Source of the DNA: Ranitomeya imitator
Lineage: Eukaryota
Direction: 5' to 3'
Assembly (NCBI RefSeq): GCF_032444005.1
Contig: NC_091285.1
Location: 19,902,001-19,966,000 of the forward strand
DNA length: 64,000 nucleotides
Part shown: one piece after another, positions 11,983 to 22,578 of the stretch
Layout: each line of letters opens with the position of its first letter
How positions within the stretch are numbered: the stretch's first letter is position 1
The notes under the pieces: generated by a model
The model's input: the letters and a program-made list of their open reading frames with translations, nothing else
Databases searched by the model: none
Told to the model about the DNA's origin: nothing
Made by a program: the position numbers and the translations under genes

Positions 11983-12800
11983 TGTTGTGAATTCTGTGGC
12001 CAAGCTCCCTCCTGTGGTCGTGAGTGGTACTGTGGCTGGTTCTGTCTATAAGCTTCCTTTGGTGGATGAGAGTGGTACTGCGGCTTCTGAGTTTCCTTCC
12101 TCAGGTGATGAGGTTAAGTCGTTAGGTGCTGCTCTATTTAACTCCACCTGGTGCTTTGATCCTGGCCTCCAGTCAATGTTCTAGTATTGGTCTTGCTTCC
12201 TCCTGGATCGTTCCTGTGGCCTCTCTATCCTGCATAAGCTAAGTTCTGCTTGTGTTATTTTTGTTTGCTATATTTTCTGTCCAGCTTGCTATATTGTTTT
12301 TTTCTTGCTTGCTGGAAGCTCTGAGACACAGAGGGAGCACCTCCGTACCGTTAGTCGGTGCGGAGGGTCTTTTTGCCCCTCTGCGTGGTTGTTTGTAGGT
12401 TTTTGTGTTGACCGCAAAGCTATCTTTCCTATCTTCGGTCTATTCAGTAAGTCGGGCCTCACTTTGCTAAATCTATTTCATCTCTGTGTTTGTATTTCAT
12501 CTTTACTCACAGTCATTATATGTGGGGGGCTGCCTTTTCCTTTGGGGAATTTCTCTGAGGCAAGGTAGGCTTATTTTTCTATCTTCAGGGCTAGTTAGTT
12601 TCTCAGGCTGTGCCCAGTTGCATAGGGAGCGTTAGGCGCAATCCACGGCTACCTCTAGTGTGGTGTGTTAGGATTAGGGATTGCGGTCAGCAGAGTTTCC
12701 ACGTCTCAGAGCTTGTCCTATGTTTTTGGTATATGTCAGGTCACCTTGTGTGCTCTGAACTTCAAGGTCCATTGTGGTTCTGAATTACCTGTTCATAACA
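11983..12800 (+). repeat. LTR1 (5')
   Basis: Starts tgttgtgaa, ends ttcataaca. TATA-like TATTTAA at 12135-12141. Confidence 0.97.
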
Positions 12801-12802
12801 GT

Positions 12803-12812
12803 ACTGGAGGCC
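12803..12812 (+). promoter_or_regulatory. Primer-binding site, self-priming type
   Basis: ACTGGAGGCC begins 2 nt after LTR1 and is the perfect reverse complement of LTR 12164-12173 (GGCCTCCAGT). Confidence 0.7.
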
Positions 12813-12936
12813 CAAAGTACTAATGCTTCTCAATAGAGAGAAAAGAGAAGTTCTGAGACCATTTTTTTTTCTTTGCACTGTGTTCTGTCTTTCTTTTCCC
12901 CTTTACATCAGGGTGGTTCAGAACACAGGTGTGGAC

Positions 12937-14865
12937 ATGGATATTAAGGGTCTGTCCTCTTTGATGGATAATCTCACTATAAGAGTACAGAACATTCAAG
13001 ATTTAGTGGTTCAGAATCCTATGTTAGAACCTAAAATTCCTATTCCTGAGTTATTTTCTGGAGATAGAGCTAAATTTTTGAATTTTAAAAATAATTGTAA
13101 ACTGTTTCTGGCTTTGAAACCCCGCTCCTCTGGTGACCCAGTTCAACAAGTTAAAATCATTATTTCTTTATTACGTGGCGACCCTCAAGACTGGGCATTT
13201 TCCCTTGCGCCAGGAGATCCTGCATTATGTAATATTGATGCGTTTTTTCTGGCGCTCGGATTGCTGTACGACGAACCTAATTCAGTGGATCAGGCAGAGA
13301 AAAATTTGCTGGCTCTGAGTCAGGGTCAGGATGAGATAGAGATTTATTGTCAGAAGTTTAGAAAGTGGTCCGTGCTCACTCAATGGAATGAATGTGCGCT
13401 GGCAGCTATTTTCAGAAAGGGTCTCTCTGAAGCCATTAAGGATGTCATGGTGGGATTTCCTATGCCTGCTGGTCTGAATGAGTCTATGTCTTTGGCTATT
13501 CAGATCGGTCGATGCTTGCGCGAGCGTAAATCTGTGCACCATTTGGCGGTATTATCTGAGCATAAACCTGAGCCAATGCAGTGCGATAGGACTTTGACCA
13601 GAGCTGAAAGGCAAGAACACAGACGTCAGAATGAGCTGTGTTTCTACTGTGGTGATTCCACTCATGCTATCTCCGATTGTCCTAAGCGCACTAAGCGGTT
13701 CGCTAGGTCTGCCACCATTGGTACGGTACAGTCGAAATTTCTTTTGTCCGTTACTTTGATCTGCTCTTTGTCTTCCTATTCTGTCATGGCATTTGTGGAT
13801 TCAGGCGCTGCCCTGAATTTGATGGACTTGGAGTATGCTAAGCGTTGTGGGTTTCTCTTAGAGCCCTTGCAGTGTCCTATTCCATTGAGAGGAATTGATG
13901 CTACGCCTTTGGCCAAGAATAAGCCTCAATACTGGACCCAGCTGACCATGTGCATGGCTCCTGCGCACCAGGAGGATATTCGCTTTCTGGTGTTGCATAA
14001 TCTGCATGATGTGGTCGTGTTGGGGTTGCCATGGCTACAAGTCCATAACCCAGTATTAGATTGGAAATCTATGTCTGTGTCCAGCTGGGGTTGTCAGGGG
14101 GTACATGGTGATGTTCCATTTTTGTCTATCTCATCATCGACCCCTTCTGAGGTCCCAGAGTTCTTGTCTGATTACCGGGATGTATTCGATGAGCCCAAGT
14201 CCAATGCCCTACCTCCGCATAGGGATTGTGATTGTGCTATCGATTTGATTCCTGGTAGTAAGTTTCCTAAGGGTCGACTGTTTAATTTATCTGTACCTGA
14301 GCACGCCGCTATGCGGAGTTACGTGAAGGAGTCTTTGGAGAAGGGTCATATTCGCCTGTCATCGTCGCCATTGGGAGCGGGTTTCTTTTTTGTGGCCAAG
14401 AAGGATGGTTCGCTGAGACCTTGTATTGATTACCGCCTTCTAAATAAAATTACGGTCACATTTCAGTACCCCTTGCCGCTGCTGTCTGATTTGTTCGCTC
14501 GGATTAAGGGGGCTAGTTGGTTCACCAAGATAGATCTTCGTGGTGCGTATAATCTTGTGCGTATCAAACGGGGCGATGAATGGAAAACAGCATTTAATAC
14601 GCCCGAAGGCCATTTTGAGTACCTGGTTATGCCATTCGGACTTTCTAATGCTCCATCAGTGTTTCAGTCCTTTATGCATGACATCTTCCGAGAGTACCTG
14701 GATAAATTCCTGATTGTATACTTGGATGATATTTTGGTCTTCTCGGATGATTGGGAGTCTCATGTGAAGCAGGGCAGAATGGTGTTCCGGGTCCTGCGTG
14801 CTAATTCTTTGTTTGTGAAGGGGTCAATTGGTCTTCTGCTGCTGTGGAAGCTTTTCAGGAGTTGA
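12937..14865 (+). pseudogene. Gag-protease-RT, copy 1, with RT C-terminal deletion and frameshift near 14825
   Basis: Zinc knuckle CFYCGDSTHAISDC, protease FVDSGA, RT YLDDILVFS. Jumps from LFVKGS directly to the NWSSAAVEAF region in another frame. The ATG at 12937 is conserved in both copies, whereas the one at 12823 is out of frame in copy 2. Confidence 0.92.
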
Positions 14866-16601
14866 AGCGTCGTTTTTCCTCTGCCCCTGTGTTGTGCCAA
14901 CCAGATATTTCGCTTCCGTTCCAGGTCGAGGTTGATGCTTCCGAAATTGGAGCAGGGGCTGTTTTGTCGCAGAGAAGTTCTGATTGCTCGGTGATGAAAC
15001 CATGCGCCTTCTTTTCCAGGAAATTTTCGCCTGCTGAGCGAAATTATGATGTTGGCAATCGAGAGTTGCTAGCCATGAAGTGGGCATTCGAGGAGTGGCG
15101 TCATTGGCTTGAAGGAGCTAAGCATCGCGTGGTGGTCTTGACTGATCACAAGAACTTGACTTATCTCGAGTCTGCCAAATGGTTGAATCCTAGACAGGCT
15201 CGTTGGTCGCTGTTTTTCTCCAGTTTTGACTTTGTGGTTTCGTACCTTCCGGGCTCTAAAAATGTGAAGGCGGATGCCCTGTCTAGGAGTTTTGTGCCCG
15301 ATTCTCCGGGTTTGTCTGAGCCGGCGGGTATTCTCAAAGAGGGGGTAATTTTGTCTGTCATCTCCCCTGATTTGCAGCGGGTGCTGCAAAAATTTCAGGC
15401 TAATAGACCTGACCGTTGCCCAGCGGAGAAACTGTTTGTCCCTGATAGGTGGACGAATAAAGTTATCTCTGAGGTTCGTTGTTCGGTGTTGGCTGGTCAT
15501 CCTGGAATCTTTGGTACCAGAGATTTGGTGGCTAGATCCTTTTGGTGGCCGTCTCTGTCGCGGGATGTGCGTTCTTTTGTGCAGTCCTGTGGGATTTGTG
15601 CTCGAGCTAAGCCCTGCTGTTCTCGTGCCAGTGGGTTGCTTTTGCCCTTGCCGGTCCCGAAGAGGCCTTGGACACATATCTCTATGGATTTTATTTCGGA
15701 TCTCCCCGTCTCTCAAAGAATGTCGGTCATTTGGGTGGTTTGTGATCGCTTCTCTAAGATGGTCCATTTGGTGCCCTTGTCTAAATTGCCTTCCTCCTCT
15801 GATTTGGTGCCATTGTTTTTTCAGCATGTGGTTCGTTTACATGGCATTCCAGAGAACATCGTTTCTGACAGAGGTTCCCAGTTTGTTTCGAGGTTTTGGC
15901 GAGCCTTTTGTGCTAGGATGGGCATTGATTTGTCTTTTTCCTCGGCTTTCCATCCTCAGACAAATGGCCAGACTGAACGAACCAATCAGACCTTGGAAAC
16001 ATATCTGAGATGTTTTGTTTCTGCTGATCAGGATGATTGGGTGTCCTTTTTGCCTTTGGCTGAGTTCGCCCTTAATAATCGGGCCAGCTCGGCTACTTTG
16101 GTTTCGCCGTTTTTCTGCAATTCTGGGTTCCACCCTCGTTTCTCTTCAGGGCAGGTTGAGTCTTCGGACTGTCCTGGTGTGGATACTGTGGTGGACAGGT
16201 TGCAGCAGATTTGGACTCATGTAGTGGACAATTTGACTTTGTCCCAGGAGAAGGCTCAACGTTTCGCTAACCGCAGGCGCTGTGTGGGTCCCCGACTTCG
16301 TGTTGGGGATTTGGTTTGGTTGTCATCTCGTTATATTCCTATGAAGGTTTCCTCTCCTAAATTTAAGCCTCGTTTCATTGGTCCATATAGGATTTCTGAG
16401 GTTCTTAATCCTGTGTCTTTTCGTTTGACTCTTCCGGCTTCTTTTTCCATCCATAACGTGTTCCATAGGTCATTCTTGCGGAGATACGTGGCACCTGTGG
16501 TTCCATCTATTGATCCTCCTGCTCCGGTTTTGGTTGAAGGGGAATTGGAGTATATTTTGGAGAAGATTTTGGATTCTCGTGTTTCGAGACGGAAACTCTA
16601 G
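14844..16601 (+). pseudogene. RNase H-integrase, copy 1, with premature TAG inside the chromodomain
   Basis: EVDASEIGAGAVL, ELLAMKWAFEEW, HPG...C..C zinc motif, SMDF/VSDRG/TERTN DDE core, RFIGPY (GPY/F), then [33 protein letters not shown]. Confidence 0.93.
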
Positions 16602-16749
16602 TTTCTGGTTAAGTGGAAAGGTTATGGTCAGGAAGATAATTCCTGGGTCTTTGCCTCTGATGTCCATGCTGCCGATCTGGTTCGTGCCTTTCATGTGGCT
16701 CATCCTGGTCGGCCTGGGGGCTCTGGTGATTGTTCGGTGACCCCTCCTC

Positions 16750-16759
16750 AAGGGGGGGG
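16750..16759 (+). promoter_or_regulatory. Polypurine tract, copy 1
   Basis: AAGGGGGGGG followed by TAC, then LTR2. Confidence 0.9.
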
Positions 16760-16762
16760 TAC

Positions 16763-17580
16763 TGTTGTGAATTCTGTGGCCAAGCTCCCTCCTGTGGTCG
16801 TGAGTGGTACTGCGGCTGGTTCTGTCTATAAGCTTCCTTTGGTGGATGAGAGTGGTACTGCGGCTTCTGAGTTTCCTTCCTCAGGTGATGAGGTTAAGTC
16901 GTTAGGTGCTGCTCTATTTAACTCCACCTGGTGCTTTGATCCTGGCCTCCAGTCAATGTTCTAGTATTGGTTTTGCTTCCTCCTGGATCGTTCCTGTGGC
17001 CTCTCTATCCTGCATAAGCTAAGTTATGCTTGTGTTATTTTTGTTTGCTATATTTTCTGTCCAGCTTGCTATATTGGTTTTTTCTTGCTTGCTGGAAGCT
17101 CTGAGACGCAGAGGGAGCACCTCCGTACCGTTAGTCGGTGCGGAGGGTCTTTTTGCCCCTCTGCGTGGTTGTTTGTAGGTTTTTGTGTTGACCGCAAAGC
17201 TATCTTTCCTATCCTCGGTCTATTCAGTAAGTCGGGCCTCACTTTGCTAAATCTATTTAATCTCTGTGTTTGTATTTCATCTTTACTCACAGTCATTATA
17301 TGTGGGGGGCTGCCTTTTCCTTTGGGGAATTTCTCTGAGGCAAGGTAGGCTTATTTTTCTATCTTCAGGGCTAGTTAGTTTCTCAGGCTGTGCCGAGTTG
17401 CATAGGGAGCGTTAGGCGCAATCCACGGCTACCTCTAGTGTGGTGTGTTAGGATTAGGGATTGCGGTCAGCAGAGTTTCCACGTCTCAGAGCTTGTCCTA
17501 TGTTTTTGGTATATGTCAGGTCACCTTGTGTGCTCTGAACTTCAAGGTCCATTGTGGTTCTGAATTACCTGTTCATAACA
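16763..17580 (+). repeat. LTR2 (shared central LTR)
   Basis: 818 bp, preceded by a PPT and followed by a PBS. Confidence 0.97.
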
Positions 17581-17717
17581 GTACTGGATGCCCAAAGTAC
17601 TAATGCTTCTCAATAGAGGGAAAAGAGAAGTTCTGAGACCATTTTTTTTTTCTTTGCACTGTGTTCTGTCTTTCTTTTCCCCTTTACATCAGGGTGGTTC
17701 AGAACACAGGTGTGGAC

Positions 17718-19646
17718 ATGGATATTCAGGGTCTGTCCTCTTTGATGGATAATCTCACTATAAGAGTACAGAACATTCAAGATTTAGTGGTTCAGAATCC
17801 TATGTTAGAACCTAAAATTCCTATTCCTGAGTTATTTTCCGGAGATAGAGCTAAATTTTTGAATTTTAAAAATAATTGTAAACTGTTTCTGGCTTTGAAA
17901 CCCCGCTCCTCTGGTGACCCAGTTCAACAAGTTAAAATCATTATTTCTTTATTACGTGGCGACCCTCAAGACTGGGCATTTTCCCTTGCGCCAGGAGATC
18001 CTGCATTATGTAATATTGATGCGTTTTTTCTGGCGCTCGGATTGCTGTACGACGAACCTAATTCAGTGGATCAGGCAGAGAAAAATTTGCTGGCTCTGAG
18101 TCAGGGTCAGGATGAGATAGAGATTTATTGTCAGAAGTTTAGAAAGTGGTCCGTGCTCACTCAATGGAATGAATGTGCGCTGGCAGCTATTTTCAGAAAG
18201 GGTCTCTCTGAAGCCATTAAGGATGTCATGGTGGGATTTCCTATGCCTGCTGGTCTGAATGAGTCTATGTCTTTGGCTATTCAGATCGGTCGACGCTTGC
18301 GCGAGCGTAAATCTGTGCACCATTTGGCGGTATTATCTGAGCATAAACCTGAGCCAATGCAGTGCGATAGGACTTTGACCAGAGCTGAAAGGCAAGAACA
18401 CAGACGTCAGAATGAGCTGTGTTTCTACTGTGGTGATTCCACTCATGCTATCTCCGATTGTCCTAAGCGCACTAAGCGGTTCGCTAGGTCTGCCACCATT
18501 GGTACGGTACAGTCGAAATTTCTTTTGTCCGTTACTTTGATCTGCTCTTTGTCTTCCTATTCTGTCATGGCATTTGTGGATTCAGGCGCTGCCCTGAATT
18601 TGATGGACTTGGAGTATGCTAGGCGCTGTGGGTTTGTCTTGGAGCCCTTGCAGTGTCCTATTCCATTGAGAGGAATTGATGCTACGCCTTTGGCCAAGAA
18701 TAAGCCTCAATACTGGACCCAGCTGACCATGTGCATGGCTCCTGCGCACCAGGAGGATATTCGCTTTCTGGTGTTGCATAATCTGCATGATGTGGTCGTG
18801 TTGGGGTTGCCATGGCTACAAGTCCATAACCCAGTATTAGATTGGAAATCTATGTCTGTGTCCAGCTGGGGTTGTCAGGGGGTACATGGTGATGTTCCAT
18901 TTTTGTCTATCTCATCATCGACCCCTTCTGAGGTCCCAGAGTTCTTGTCTGATTACCGGGATGTATTCGATGAGCCCAAGTCCAATGCCCTACCTCCGCA
19001 TAGGGATTGTGATTGTGCTATCGATTTGATTCCTGGTAGTAAGTTTCCTAAGGGTCGACTGTTTAATTTATCTGTACCTGAGCACGCCGCTATGCGGAGT
19101 TACGTGAAGGAGTCTTTGGAGAAGGGTCATATTCGCCTGTCATCGTCGCCATTGGGAGCGGGTTTCTTTTTTGTGGCCAAGAAGGATGGTTCGCTGAGAC
19201 CTTGTATTGATTACCGCCTTCTAAATAAAATTACGGTCACATTTCAGTACCCCTTGCCGCTGCTGTCTGATTTGTTCGCTCGGATTAAGGGGGCTAGTTG
19301 GTTCACCAAGATAGATCTTCGTGGTGCGTATAATCTTGTGCGTATCAAACGGGGCGATGAATGGAAAACAGCATTTAATACGCCCGAAGGCCATTTTGAG
19401 TACCTGGTTATGCCATTCGGACTTTCTAATGCTCCATCAGTGTTTCAGTCCTTTATGCATGACATCTTCCGAGAGTACCTGGATAAATTCCTGATTGTAT
19501 ACTTGGATGATATTTTGGTCTTCTCGGATGATTGGGAGTCTCATGTGAAGCAGGGCAGAATGGTGTTCCAGGTCCTGCGTGCTAATTCTTTGTTTGTGAA
19601 GGGGTCAATTGGTCTTCTGCTGCTGTGGAAGCTTTTCAGGAGTTGA
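17718..19646 (+). pseudogene. Gag-protease-RT, copy 2, same RT deletion near 19606
   Basis: Near-identical to copy 1, with the same ggggtc|aattgg junction. Confidence 0.92.
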
Positions 19647-21382
19647 AGCGTCGTTTTTCCTCTGCCCCTGTGTTGTGCCAACCAGATGTTTCACTTCCGT
19701 TCCAGGTCGAGGTTGATGCTTCCGAAATTGGAGCAGGGGCTGTTTTGTCGCAGAGAAGTTCTGATTGCTCGGTGATGAAACCATGCGCCTTCTTTTCCAG
19801 GAAATTTTCGCCTGCTGAGCGAAATTATGATGTTGGCAATCGAGAGTTGCTAGCCATGAAGTGGGCATTCGAGGAGTGGCGTCATTGGCTTGAAGGAGCT
19901 AAGCATCGCGTGGTGGTCTTGACTGATCACAAGAACTTGATTTATCTCGAGTCTGCCAAATGGTTGAATCCTAGACAGGCTCGTTGGTCGCTGTTTTTCT
20001 CCAGTTTTGACTTTGTGGTTTCGTACCTTCCGGGCTCTAAAAATGTGAAGGCGGATGCCCTGTCTAGGAGTTTTGTGCCCGATTCTCCGGGTTTGTCTGA
20101 GCCGGCGGGTATTCTCAAAGAGGGGGTAATTTTGTCTGTCATCTCCCCTGATTTGCAGCGGGTGCTGCAAAAATTTCAGGCTAATAGACCTGACCGTTGC
20201 CCAGCGGAGAAACTGTTTGTCCCTGATAGGTGGACGAATAAAGTTATCTCTGAGGTTCGTTGTTCGGTGTTGGCTGGTCATCCTGGAATCTTTGGTACCA
20301 GAGATTTGGTGGCTAGATCCTTTTGGTGGCCGTCTCTGTCGCGGGATGTGCGTTCTTTTGTGCAGTCCTGTGGGATTTGTGCTCGAGCTAAGCCCTGCTG
20401 TTCTCGTGCCAGTGGGTTGCTTTTGCCCTTGCCGGTCCCGAAGAGGCCTTGGACACATATCTCTATGGATTTTATTTCGGATCTCCCCGTCTCTCAAAGA
20501 ATGTCGGTCATTTGGGTGGTTTGTGATCGCTTCTCTAAGATGGTCCATTTGGTGCCCTTGTCTAAATTGCCTTCCTCCTCTGATTTGGTGCCATTGTTTT
20601 TTCAGCATGTGGTTCGTTTACATGGCATTCCAGAGAACATCGTTTCTGACAGAGGTTCCCAGTTTGTTTCGAGGTTTTGGCGAGCCTTTTGTGCTAGGAT
20701 GGGCATTGATTTGTCTTTTTCCTCGGCTTTCCATCCTCAGACAAATGGCCAGACTGAACGAACCAATCAGACCTTGGAAACATATCTGAGATGTTTTGTT
20801 TCTGCTGATCAGGATGATTGGGTGTCCTTTTTGCCTTTGGCTGAGTTCGCCCTTAATAATCGGGCCAGCTCGGCTACTTTGGTTTCGCCGTTTTTCTGCA
20901 ATTCTGGGTTCCACCCTCGTTTCTCTTCAGGGCAGGTTGAGTCTTCGGACTGTCCTGGTGTGGATACTGTGGTGGACAGGTTGCAGCAGATTTGGACTCA
21001 TGTAGTGGACAATTTGACTTTGTCCCAGGAGAAGGCTCAACGTTTCGCTAACCGCAGGCGCTGTGTGGGTCCCCGACTTCGTGTTGGGGATTTGGTTTGG
21101 TTGTCATCTCGTTATATTCCTATGAAGGTTTCCTCTCCTAAATTTAAGCCTCGTTTCATTGGTCCATATAGGATTTCTGAGGTTCTTAATCCTGTGTCTT
21201 TTCGTTTGACTCTTCCGGCTTCTTTTTCCATCCATAACGTGTTCCATAGGTCATTCTTGCGGAGATACGTGGCACCTGTGGTTCCATCTATTGATCCTCC
21301 TGCTCCGGTTTTGGTTGAAGGGGAATTGGAGTATATTTTGGAGAAGATTTTGGATTCTCGTGTTTCGAGACGGAAACTCTAG
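19625..21382 (+). pseudogene. RNase H-integrase, copy 2, same chromodomain TAG
   Basis: Near-identical to copy 1; TAG at 21380-21382. Confidence 0.93.
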
Positions 21383-21530
21383 TTTCTGGTTAAGTGGAAA
21401 GGTTATGGTCAGGAAGATAATTCCTGGGTCTTTGCCTCTGATGTCCATGCTGCCGATCTGGTTCGTGCCTTTCATGTGGCTCATCCTGGTCGGCCTGGGG
21501 GCTCTGGTGAGGGTTCGGTGACCCCTCCTC

Positions 21531-21540
21531 AAGGGGGGGG
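21531..21540 (+). promoter_or_regulatory. Polypurine tract, copy 2
   Basis: AAGGGGGGGG followed by TAC, then LTR3. Confidence 0.9.
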
Positions 21541-21543
21541 TAC

Positions 21544-22361
21544 TGTTGTGAATTCTGTGGCCAAGCTCCCTCCTGTGGTCGTGAGTGGTACTGCGGCTGG
21601 TTCTGTCTATAAGCTTCCTTTGGTGGATGAGAGTGGTACTGCGGCTTCTGAGTTTCCTTCCTCAGGTGATGAGGTTAAGTCGTTAGGTGCTGCTCTATTT
21701 AACTCCACCTGGTGCTTTGATCCTGGCCTCCAGTCAATGTTCTAGTATTGGTTTTGCTTCCTCCTGGATCGTTCCTGTGGCCTCTCTATCCTGCATAAGC
21801 TAAGTTATGCTTGTGTTATTTTTGTTTGCTATATTTTCTGTCCAGCTTGCTATATTGGTTTTTTCTTGCTTGCTGGAAGCTCTGAGACGCAGAGGGAGCA
21901 CCTCCGTACCGTTAGTCGGTGCGGAGGGTCTTTTTGCCCCTCTGCGTGGTTGTTTGTAGGTTTTTGTGTTGACCGCAAAGCTATCTTTCCTATCCTCGGT
22001 CTATTCAGTAAGTCGGGCCTCACTTTGCTAAATCTATTTCATCTCTGTGTTTGTATTTCATCTTTACTCACAGTCATTATATGTGGGGGGCTGCCTTTTC
22101 CTTTGGGGAATTTCTCTGAGGCAAGGTAGGCTTATTTTTCTATCTTCAGGGCTAGTTAGTTTCTCAGGCTGTGCCGAGTTGCATAGGGAGCGTTAGGCGC
22201 AATCCACGGCTACCTCTAGTGTGGTGTGTTAGGATTAGGGATTGCGGTCAGCAGAGTTTCCACGTCTCAGAGCTTGTCCTATGTTTTTGGTAAATGTCAG
22301 GTCACCTTGTGTGCTCTGAACTTCAAGGTCCATTGTGGTTCTGAATTACCTGTTCATAACA
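21544..22361 (+). repeat. LTR3 (3')
   Basis: 818 bp, followed by the GACCCC TSD. Confidence 0.97.
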
Positions 22362-22578
22362 GACCCCGGTCAGATCACTACAAAGGTGTCATCCTATAAT
22401 CTAGACCTCCTATGTGCGGGAGAGTGCAGGATTGCCATAAGTTTGGCAAATGAGACCCCAAGTGATCCAAAAATGGGGTACCAAAGTCCTGTGTGAATAA
22501 AGCATTACCGAGCATGTGACCAACTCTCCATATATACAGTATACCAGTTATACTATTCCTAAGTTATGTCCTATAAAA

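Larger units (their letters stand above)
11983..22361 (+). mobile_element. Tandem two-unit Gypsy/chromovirus LTR retrotransposon (LTR-int-LTR-int-LTR)
   Basis: Three 818-bp TG...CA LTRs, unit period 4780/4781 bp. GACCCC directly flanks the whole array (11977-11982 and 22362-22367). Domain order gag-PR-RT-RH-IN-chromo. Confidence 0.97.

Noticed and set aside
12805-12813. tRNA-Thr-type PBS (TGGAGGCCC)
   Set aside because: It matches a recalled tRNA-Thr 3' end for only 9 nt and starts 4 nt from the LTR. The self-complementary reading is longer and fits the 2-nt spacing. Disfavoured, not excluded.
15069-15827. 252-aa antisense ORF (also 19850-20608, and 29308-30048 antisense to Tc1)
   Set aside because: Shadow ORFs of transposon coding strands with no recognisable motifs.
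11983-22361. Tandem as a pure assembly duplication
   Set aside because: The units differ at about 16 internal sites and the LTR variants form an ordered pattern. A merge of two haplotypes still needs read-level exclusion.
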